A stretch of DNA of 25,300 nucleotides. It comes from a virus (taxonomy: Duplodnaviria > Caudoviricetes). The stretch is taken from positions 1-25,300 of the IMG/VR virus record IMGVR_UViG_3300037424_001381; one strand, written 5' to 3'. Below the pieces are notes generated by a model, which worked only from the letters and a program-made list of their open reading frames with translations, was not told where the DNA came from and made no database searches. A program made the position numbers and the translations under genes. This document shows, in pieces, positions 1 to 6,367 of the stretch. Position 1 is the stretch's first letter. Each line of letters opens with the position of its first letter.

Positions 1-37
1 AAACGTGAGGTCAAGAGTTCGAGTCTCTTCCTCGGCA
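1..37 (+). tRNA. 3' half of a tRNA, truncated by the window edge (possibly tRNA-Thr; anticodon not visible)
   Basis: The sequence parses as canonical positions 37-73: AA, ACGTG (anticodon 3' stem), AGGTC (variable loop), AAGAG-TTCGAGT-CTCTT (perfect T arm), CCTCGGC (acceptor 3' strand), A (discriminator). CCA is not encoded. The isotype guess rests only on the GCCG-type acceptor, A73 and AA at 37-38. Confidence 0.9.
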
Positions 38-70
38 CTGGAACCGCTATTCGATTGGTAAGGTGCGGAA

Positions 71-99
71 CCGCCGGCAGTCTGTGACAGAGCCGGCGG
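71..99 (+). other. GC-rich stem-loop downstream of the tRNA
   Basis: CCGCCGGC (71-78) pairs with GCCGGCGG (92-99), with an inner TCTG/CAGA pair. There is no U-tract. Confidence 0.45.
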
Positions 100-131
100 G
101 AGATCGACTAGATTCTCAGTTGGAGGTCGCC

Positions 132-326
132 ATGAAGAAACTGCTCGTTGGTCTTCTCCTGGTACTCGCCCTCGCCGGCTGTGGCACGACCACGTTCAAG
201 TGTGTGAAGGACGTCCAGGAACTCTCCGGGAAGGTCTTCGTGACCTTGCTGGACACGAACGGCCGGGAGCACACGCTTCTGGATAGCGACATTGAGGGCT
301 ATGCGTCTCTGCCCACTTGCGACTAA
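132..326 (+). CDS. small lipoprotein (64 aa), possible superinfection-exclusion/moron protein
   Basis: GGAGG RBS at 122-126 and ATG at 132. MKKLLVGLLLVLALAGC is a basic N-region, hydrophobic core and LAGC lipobox. Confidence 0.8.
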   Translation: MKKLLVGLLLVLALAGCGTTTFKCVKDVQELSGKVFVTLLDTNGREHTLLDSDIEGYASLPTCD

Positions 327-439
327 CGGGACAACTGATGGCATCGGTCTAGGTCCCTCGGCCTAGCGTTGCTCCCGGCCTTCTCCCTCGACGTTGAGGG
401 CCGGGATCGGCTTGCTGAGACTATCTTAGCGGCCGGGCG

Positions 440-471
440 AACCCTCCGCCATTACCCTGGCGGGGGGTTTT
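440..471. terminator. intrinsic terminator between the convergent lipoprotein and HTH genes
   Basis: AACCCTCCGCCA-ttaccc-TGGCGGGGGGTT followed by TT, giving a U-tract on the + strand. Confidence 0.7.
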
Positions 472-479
472 CCGTTCCC

Positions 480-740
480 CTAGCCGCTCCCCTCATCCGG
501 CTCATAGGCCAGCAGCTGCGCAGGCGTAACCCCGAGGGCATCGCAGAGCTTCAGGATCGTATTCTTCTCGAGGTTCAAGTCTTCGCCGGCCGCTAGAGCC
601 TGGGCAGTCGACCACGAAACACCAGCCGTCCGCATCAACCAGGATGCGCTGCGCTGGCCCTGTGGCCTCTTCTTGAGCAGCTCGGGGACCCGGTGTCGCA
701 GGGTCCCTGGTGCCACGGCAACCTGCCCTCCATTCGCCAT
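480..740 (-). CDS. XRE/Cro-C1-type helix-turn-helix regulator (repressor or Cro-like)
   Basis: SASWLMRTAGVSWSTAQALAAG forms the HTH. The C-terminal TILKLCDALGVTPAQLLAY is typical of HTH_26/XRE proteins. The gene is divergent from the early operon. Confidence 0.85.
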   Translation of the reverse strand: MANGGQVAVAPGTLRHRVPELLKKRPQGQRSASWLMRTAGVSWSTAQALAAGEDLNLEKNTILKLCDALGVTPAQLLAYEPDEGSG

Positions 741-747
741 GCTGCCA

Positions 748-776
748 ATTATGGGGGAAAGTCAGCCATTTGTCAA
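748..776 (-). promoter_or_regulatory. leftward sigma70 promoter for the HTH gene
   Basis: Minus strand reads TTGACA (776-771), 17 nt, CATAAT (753-748). The ATG at 740 is separated from the -10 by only 7 nt. Confidence 0.75.
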
Positions 777-797
777 GGGGTATATGCCTTGACAAAT
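768..797. promoter_or_regulatory. 11-bp inverted repeat, candidate operator covering both -35 boxes
   Basis: ATTTGTCAAGG (768-778), 8-nt spacer, CCTTGACAAAT (787-797); the arms are perfectly complementary. Confidence 0.65.
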
Positions 798-817
798 ACA
801 GTCTCTTGCCCTATACT
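789..817 (+). promoter_or_regulatory. rightward sigma70 promoter of the early operon
   Basis: TTGACA (789-794), 17 nt, TATACT (812-817); near consensus. Confidence 0.85.
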
Positions 818-884
818 TCCTAGCAGATACGGCGCCCGGGGGAAGACAAGCCCGAACAGCCGTTCTACAGTGAGGGAGAAGCCG

Positions 885-1193
885 ATGACCAACAAGACGA
901 TCCTCTGTCTGGCACTTGGCGCCGTGCTCATACTGACCCTGTTCGGTACCGGCATGGCTCTCCTTGGGGCTGCGGTCCAGGCCGACCGGATCGCCCAGCG
1001 GCAAGGGAACCCCATCGCCGCTCCCTTCACCGATGTCCAGGGCCACTGGGCAGAGAGCTACATCGAGCAGATCCGCCTCGCCGGCCTGACTGCGGGCTGC
1101 TCCACCGAGCCATCCATGTTCTGCCCCGACAAGCCGCTCACACGCGCCGAAGCCGCCGTGTTCATGGCGCGGCTCTTGGAGCTTGGTCGATGA
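885..1193 (+). CDS. exported or membrane-anchored single S-layer homology (SLH) domain protein (102 aa)
   Basis: GAGGGAG RBS precedes ATG 885. The hydrophobic N-terminus is followed by the SLH signature PFTDVQGHWAESYIEQI..AGLTAGC....FCPDKPLTRAEAAVFMARLL. Confidence 0.85.
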   Translation: MTNKTILCLALGAVLILTLFGTGMALLGAAVQADRIAQRQGNPIAAPFTDVQGHWAESYIEQIRLAGLTAGCSTEPSMFCPDKPLTRAEAAVFMARLLELGR

Positions 1194-1597
1194 CCAGCCA
1201 CCTTGACCAGTTCCTCGCCGGGAAGTATTCGCACGACGGCTATCTCGCCGCCGTCGCGGCTGACTGGCAGCAGGGCGAGCCGATCGAGGTTGGCGATGAC
1301 GGGAACGGGATGGGCGCCGTGGATGGGCATCGGTGGATCGGCTACGTCGGCGTGACCGCCGGTGATCGGAAGCTGTCGCAGTTCCGGGCCGTCCCGACCT
1401 CCAACCCCCGCCGGCGCCGTGTGTTCGCCGTCGACTCAGAAGGCCGCGCCTTCTACGTCGGGATGCTGGCCAGGCGCGTGAAATTCGCCAGGACGCCGGC
1501 GACGGCCCTTCGACAACCTCACCCCCACCAGAAGGCAATCGACGCCGCCGCGGCCAAGCTGCTTCAGGACACGAAACCCCTAGGAGGATCCCGATGA
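1190..1597 (+). CDS. hypothetical early protein (135 aa)
   Basis: ATGA overlaps with both neighbours indicate translational coupling. No motif recognised. Confidence 0.7.
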   Translation: MTSHLDQFLAGKYSHDGYLAAVAADWQQGEPIEVGDDGNGMGAVDGHRWIGYVGVTAGDRKLSQFRAVPTSNPRRRRVFAVDSEGRAFYVGMLARRVKFARTPATALRQPHPHQKAIDAAAAKLLQDTKPLGGSR

Positions 1598-2562
1598 GCG
1601 ACAACGCCCTGACCACGAAGCCCGAGGCCCGGATTGCACCCTGGGGCAGTCGGGATGATCTGCGCGAGATTGCCCGCCGCGTGCAACTGATGGCCCCCGG
1701 CGGAAAGAAGCTGGCCGAGAACGAAGCACTCGCCCTCGCCCAGGGCGCCGTGGCACATGGACTCGACCCGTTCAACGGCGAGATCTGGTATATCCCCGGC
1801 TCCGGGTTGATGGCCGGGATCAAGGGACTGCGCAAGGCGGCACGCCATCAGATCCAAGGGAACTTCTGGGCGGAGTTCGAGCAGATCAACAACGAAGACG
1901 AGCGCCATCAGCTGATGATCCCCGAGGGGGCCCTGGCATTCCGCTGCATCATCCGGGATTCGGAGACGATTCGCTCCTACTCCGAGATGTGGAAGGAGCT
2001 CGCCGACAAGGGCGTGCCTCTCGAGGCCATTCCAAGCATCATTGGCAAGCGGCCCTACAGCGAGGGGGTCGGTTACATTCGGCCGGACGAACGAACGAAG
2101 ATGGACCCGGTGCAGGTCGCCATGAAGCGTGCCGAGGCCGACGCCCTCAAGAGACGGTTCGATCTCCCATTCGCCGTCACGGCGGAGAACGGCGACGCCG
2201 CGGTCGATGCGGAATGGACTCTGCACGAGCCGCCCGAGGTTGAGTCCCAGACCCTACCACGCGAGGCTGTGGCACCACCCGAGCCGCCAACTCCCTTACC
2301 GCCCGACGAGTGGGCCAACCATCTTGGCCCCGACGACCTGGCCTTCGCCATCAAGAAGGGCTGGCTGGCGCAGGGTGCACACTTCGTCCATCTCATCAAC
2401 CTCTACAACCTCAGCCCTTTCAAGCCTGGCGATGATGTGGACCTGCTGTGGTTCGACGAGTTTCGGAAGGCCCGACCGATCGGCACGAAGGGCGACGCGA
2501 AGGAGCATGCAGTCGTGGCAACCGAAGCGTGGAAGAAGTCCAGGACACAGGTCCCATTCTGA
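1594..2562 (+). CDS. RecT/Red-beta-like single-strand annealing recombinase
   Basis: HGLDPFNGEIWYIPG..MAGIKGLRK and MDPVQVAMKRAEADALKRRF match RecT/Bet motifs. A Pro-rich linker leads to a C-terminal ..VPF end. AGGAGG RBS. Confidence 0.8.
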   Translation: MSDNALTTKPEARIAPWGSRDDLREIARRVQLMAPGGKKLAENEALALAQGAVAHGLDPFNGEIWYIPGSGLMAGIKGLRKAARHQIQGNFWAEFEQINNEDERHQLMIPEGALAFRCIIRDSETIRSYSEMWKELADKGVPLEAIPSIIGKRPYSEGVGYIRPDERTKMDPVQVAMKRAEADALKRRFDLPFAVTAENGDAAVDAEWTLHEPPEVESQTLPREAVAPPEPPTPLPPDEWANHLGPDDLAFAIKKGWLAQGAHFVHLINLYNLSPFKPGDDVDLLWFDEFRKARPIGTKGDAKEHAVVATEAWKKSRTQVPF

Positions 2563-2774
2563 TGGACGCACCGCTCGTCAAGCAAGGTCCGCTCTTCCTG
2601 GCCTGGGGGAAAGCATCAGATCGTGGCCGCTGCGATTGCTGCAACGATCAGCCCGACCCCACGGCCGAGGGAGATTACGCCGTGGCGCTGATCAGGTTCG
2701 GGGAGACGGTCGTCGCCATGTGTGGGACATGTTTGCGCCGGCTGAAGAACCAGCTGAGGCGGGCGGAGGGGTAG
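2562..2774 (+). CDS. small putative zinc-finger protein (70 aa)
   Basis: TGATG overlap with the recombinase stop; CDCC and CGTC cysteine pairs. Confidence 0.65.
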   Translation: MDAPLVKQGPLFLAWGKASDRGRCDCCNDQPDPTAEGDYAVALIRFGETVVAMCGTCLRRLKNQLRRAEG

Positions 2775-2837
2775 AGCCAGGATGGTCCACGGAGCACAAG
2801 ATACGGGTAGGATAGGCACGGAAGCAGGGCATGACGC

Positions 2838-3383
2838 ATGAACCGGCGTCCCTCCTCGGCATCGCTCCTTAGGAAGCGAAAGGCATTGGGACTTTCGCAG
2901 GGCCAGATGGCTGGCCTGATGGGCTATGCCGGGAAATCCAGCTATTCGAAGGTCGAGGCGGGGCTTGCTCCCGTAAGCGATGAGTTTCTCGATAGGTTGG
3001 CCAAGGCCGAGGAGACGTTTGCGGCTCTAAGGCTTGATCGTCTGCGAGGCTTTGTGGAGTTGGGCGATGCCGCGTCAGGTTCATCGCCGAGGCTACTGTA
3101 TGTGATCCGTGCAGAGGGAATGAAACGCTATAAGATCGGGATCTCGGTCGACCCAGAGAGGCGCATCCGTAATCTTCAGATCGGGTCGCCGATTCGCCTG
3201 GAAGTGATTTCCCTTCGTCCGTTGCGGGCTGCCCGACTTGTTGAGATGGGATTGCACGAGAGTCTGGCCGAGCATCGCGCTTGGGGCGAATGGTTTGACC
3301 TTCCGGACGATGTTCTTGAGAGGCTACTCGCAGCCGTCGAAGCCGAAACCCCAGCCGTGCAGGCGCCAGAACCAAGCGTATAA
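2838..3383 (+). CDS. XRE HTH fused to a GIY-YIG nuclease domain (T5orf172/MUG113-like)
   Basis: N-terminal LRKRKALGLSQGQMAGLMG..SSYSKVEAG is an HTH. C-terminal LYVIRAE..RYKIGISVDPERRIRNLQIGSP..E..LH...HRAWGEWF matches the nuclease family. Confidence 0.85.
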   Translation: MNRRPSSASLLRKRKALGLSQGQMAGLMGYAGKSSYSKVEAGLAPVSDEFLDRLAKAEETFAALRLDRLRGFVELGDAASGSSPRLLYVIRAEGMKRYKIGISVDPERRIRNLQIGSPIRLEVISLRPLRAARLVEMGLHESLAEHRAWGEWFDLPDDVLERLLAAVEAETPAVQAPEPSV

Positions 3384-3434
3384 TCCCAGTGATCGCTGCG
3401 GGATCGCTTACCCCTGGCCCGGGGAAGCGGAGAC

Positions 3435-3470
3435 GAAGGGCTCCTCACAAGGGAGCCCTTCTTCATTTTT
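3435..3470. terminator. intrinsic terminator between the convergent early and late operons
   Basis: GAAGGGCTCC (3435-3444) pairs with GGAGCCCTTC (3452-3461), followed by TTCATTTTT. Confidence 0.8.
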
Positions 3471-3494
3471 GGACAGGGAACTGACCGAGCTGTC

Positions 3495-3863
3495 TCAGGT
3501 TTGCGGTTCGGGATTCAGCTCGCGGTAGACGTAGGTGGCTGCCGCCAGGAACAGGCCGAACACTGCCAGGACGTGCTCCGGGTCGAGGGTGAATCCGACG
3601 AGCGCGCCGCCGAAGTAGATGGCAACTCCCGCCACGACCAGGGACACTCCGAAGACGAACCACAACGCGCCGGCACCGGAAAGGTTGAACAGGTGCTTCA
3701 ACCAGTCGATCGGCTTCACCCCGAAGCCGCCCAGCAGGATCGCCACGATATAGCCGATGATCGTCACGACGGCCGGCGGGATCTCCTGCAGCGATCGGGC
3801 GGCGATCAGGAAGAGCGCAAGGACGACGAGCAGGGGCAGAGCAAGGATACGGTAGATATTCAC
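3495..3863 (-). CDS. putative holin or multi-pass membrane protein (122 aa)
   Basis: About four hydrophobic segments; last gene of the lysis region; GGAGG RBS before the GTG start. Confidence 0.65.
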   Translation of the reverse strand: MNIYRILALPLLVVLALFLIAARSLQEIPPAVVTIIGYIVAILLGGFGVKPIDWLKHLFNLSGAGALWFVFGVSLVVAGVAIYFGGALVGFTLDPEHVLAVFGLFLAAATYVYRELNPEPQT

Positions 3864-3877
3864 GAGTTACCTCCAAG

Positions 3878-4258
3878 TCAGGTTGTCATCCTGGCGACCA
3901 GGACGACGATCACGAGATTGACCAGAACCAATGCCAGCCACTTCCAGTCAATGGACCCGCTTTTCACCTCCTTCAACTGAACGTCGGCCATATCCGAGGA
4001 CGCATTGATCTGGCTCTGTACTAGGTCGGCCTCAGGCTTGCGCACAGCCTCGATCACGGCCACGCGCTCCCGGAGCCCCGGCCCGCCGTTGCCGTAGACG
4101 GCGGCGTGGATCTGATCGATCTTGCCCGAGTAGTGCTGCCATTCCTGGCGCACCTGGCCGACATCCTTGCGCAGGTCCTCGACGTCTTGCTTGACATCGG
4201 CCACGCCGCCAAGGATGCGGGCCAGCTGCACGTTCGGATCGGGGGCAGGGAAGGTCAT
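3878..4258 (-). CDS. coiled-coil protein with C-terminal TM helix (lysis-cassette membrane protein)
   Basis: Heptad-rich VADVKQDVEDLRKDV, a GNGGPGLRERVAVIE motif, and a C-terminal WKWLALVLVNLVIVVLV TM segment. Confidence 0.7.
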   Translation of the reverse strand: MTFPAPDPNVQLARILGGVADVKQDVEDLRKDVGQVRQEWQHYSGKIDQIHAAVYGNGGPGLRERVAVIEAVRKPEADLVQSQINASSDMADVQLKEVKSGSIDWKWLALVLVNLVIVVLVARMTT

Positions 4259-4701
4259 GGATGGACAGCTCCGGGTTGATGGATGACTTCCAGGGCAGTG
4301 ATACGCCGATCGACGTGATTGGCCAGATATTTCCTGGCCTGGGCCAAGCGCGCGGGGTCGTCTCTAAACCAGCCAATGCCGAAGTTACACGCGGCACACA
4401 GCAAGCCACGGACGATATCCGTTGCGTGGTCATGGTCAGGAACAAGAGTTCTTCCAGCATCCTCCTTGCCGCAGATTGCACAGCGGCCATCCTGAGAAGA
4501 CAGCATCTTGTCGTAGGCTTCCACAGAGAGGTAGCGCTTGAGGTCGTATTCTCTCTGCTTCCCTGGGTGCGCGGCGTGCCACCTCTTGAGATAGGTCGGG
4601 TCTCGCTGTCGTGCAGTCTTGTTGTATGGGCGCTGGTAACACGCCGCGCACAGCCCCATCGCTACATGCTTTCGAGCGGGATGACAGGTGGCCCGGATCA
4701 T
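4255..4701 (-). CDS. endonuclease VII-family (HNH-like) protein, probable free-standing homing endonuclease
   Basis: YDKMLSSQDGRCAICG..LVPDHDHATDIVRGLLCAACNFGIGWFRDD is the EndoVII signature. An extra N-terminal CHP..H..GLCAAC Zn motif is present. Confidence 0.9.
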   Translation of the reverse strand: MIRATCHPARKHVAMGLCAACYQRPYNKTARQRDPTYLKRWHAAHPGKQREYDLKRYLSVEAYDKMLSSQDGRCAICGKEDAGRTLVPDHDHATDIVRGLLCAACNFGIGWFRDDPARLAQARKYLANHVDRRITALEVIHQPGAVHP

Positions 4702-5633
4702 GGAGTCGCCACACTTTCAAGATGCTCGATGCGTTGTTCGTGGTTCTCCAGGACCTCCGCGACTGATAGGGGGACATCTGGCTCCGGTGCCGGTTCCGAT
4801 CCAGGCAGATGTAGATTGGCTATGTAGTCGCACATCTCTGGCATTTCCCAGGCGTTTTGATCCAGACTCCAAAAGTTAAACCCCTCGATCCTGTTTCCAA
4901 GATTGGCCAGCAGCCACTCCACTTGGCGGCGGACCCCAGCGGCCGAGGCTTTCCAACCCTTCTCGATGTAGGCCGGGAGCGTGGGGAACCAAGCGATATC
5001 AGGACGGCCGACGGCCCGGGCAATCGCTTCGTGGCTGGCCACGTCCAGCGCGGTCTGATCCTCATACTGTGCCGGCGTCGTCCAGCCCATCGGATAGAGC
5101 TGATGGGCGAGGCCGTGGATCACGTACTCGCCGGTCGCCTGGTCCTTGTAGCTCAGCCACTTGGCGAACAACATGTCCTGGTGCGCGTCTGCGCGGCGAT
5201 AAGACTGGAGCCACAGCTTCGTGCGCTTCGGCCGCCCCATCGATCGCAGGAAGGGTCCCAGGCCGGCGGGTAGATACTTGGCTGCCGTCTCTCCCTCGAC
5301 GTCGACGAACTCGTGCTCGGGGTTGTAGTAAGGCAGGATGACGTTCTTCTGCAGCCGCACCTCCGCTTCCCACAGGCGCGTGTAGATGGGGCCCCACACG
5401 TCGACCTCGATCCGGTGCGGCAATGCTTTCAGCGCCACCTCGAGATCCCGGTAGGTCTTCCCCTTCCAGGGGATCCGCGTCTGGAGAAGTCCGCCATACT
5501 CGAAGGGCCCATCAAAAGCCCGGAGCGCGACGCTGTCGGGCATCAGCGCCACGATCTCCTCGATCGTGCGCTCGAAGGACCAGCGCGAGCCCGTCCAATT
5601 CCAGGGCCAGGTGAGGGAGACTGTCTTCCTCAT
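4698..5633 (-). CDS. putative endolysin (divergent glycoside-hydrolase-like barrel, Pro/Glu linker, short coiled coil)
   Basis: Lies between tail genes and membrane/holin genes. FVDVEGE (DxE) and GFNFWSLD are reminiscent of GH25-like TIM barrels; PGSEPAPEPDVP is a linker. Confidence 0.55.
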   Translation of the reverse strand: MRKTVSLTWPWNWTGSRWSFERTIEEIVALMPDSVALRAFDGPFEYGGLLQTRIPWKGKTYRDLEVALKALPHRIEVDVWGPIYTRLWEAEVRLQKNVILPYYNPEHEFVDVEGETAAKYLPAGLGPFLRSMGRPKRTKLWLQSYRRADAHQDMLFAKWLSYKDQATGEYVIHGLAHQLYPMGWTTPAQYEDQTALDVASHEAIARAVGRPDIAWFPTLPAYIEKGWKASAAGVRRQVEWLLANLGNRIEGFNFWSLDQNAWEMPEMCDYIANLHLPGSEPAPEPDVPLSVAEVLENHEQRIEHLESVATP

Positions 5634-6364
5634 GCAGTCCTCCCATTGCCGCCAACCAGCTGCGGTGCGCCGCGCAATTCTAGGATTCGCTTCTCGAGAG
5701 CGTCCCGTTCCCCTTCGAGCATGGCCAGTTCACCATCCGGAGACACGCCGAGCCGGGTCATGGTCTCATTCACGCCGAGCAAAGGAGGCCTTTCCTCTCC
5801 CGGCTCAACCAACGTCTGAAGCAAGACCTCGGCGTTGCCCTGATCGATCAAGCCCCGGATGATGGGGTACGCCTGGCGCCGCAACCGCAGGCTCCAGTAG
5901 CGGGCCTCGTCGGATTCGATCTGCTCGCGAGTGAAGGGCCCGCCGTTCTTGGCCTCCAGGGTCTCCACGATGGCGATCAGGGACTCTGCCTCCCGCACAT
6001 TGCCCAGCCTGCCGAGACCGGTCTCTTCGAGCGCGATCCGGATCTTGGCCCCCTCCAGTTCGTGCCGGCGCTTCTCTCGTCCGTCGGCCGCGTCGGCGGC
6101 CTCAAGCTCGTCAGCCAGCTTCAGTTCGAGCAGCTCGACGTCGGCCTGGATCCGGGCGATGTTGAACACCCGGCCTTGTAGCTCAAGCACGGCCTGTGCC
6201 CACTGGCGCGGCAGGGTGTCATGCTGGGCCACCACGAAGTGAGCCAGCTGGAAGTCAGACCGCGGCTGGGCGATCGCCTCGAACGCGGCCCGCATTGCAG
6301 CCCCCTTCTCCCGGAGGACATCCTCCCTGGCCCGCACCACTGTGGAGATCGTTTCCTCTGTCAT
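5630..6364 (-). CDS. alpha-helical coiled-coil protein of unknown function (244 aa)
   Basis: Coupled ORF directly after the RBP gene; E/L/A-rich heptads; RSDFQLAHFVV and EARYWSLRL stretches. Confidence 0.75.
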   Translation of the reverse strand: MTEETISTVVRAREDVLREKGAAMRAAFEAIAQPRSDFQLAHFVVAQHDTLPRQWAQAVLELQGRVFNIARIQADVELLELKLADELEAADAADGREKRRHELEGAKIRIALEETGLGRLGNVREAESLIAIVETLEAKNGGPFTREQIESDEARYWSLRLRRQAYPIIRGLIDQGNAEVLLQTLVEPGEERPPLLGVNETMTRLGVSPDGELAMLEGERDALEKRILELRGAPQLVGGNGRTA

Positions 6365-6367
6365 GTA

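Noticed and set aside
4255-4701. Group I intron around the endonuclease
   Set aside because: The ORF overlaps both neighbours by 4 nt, leaving no room for ribozyme sequence. It is free-standing.
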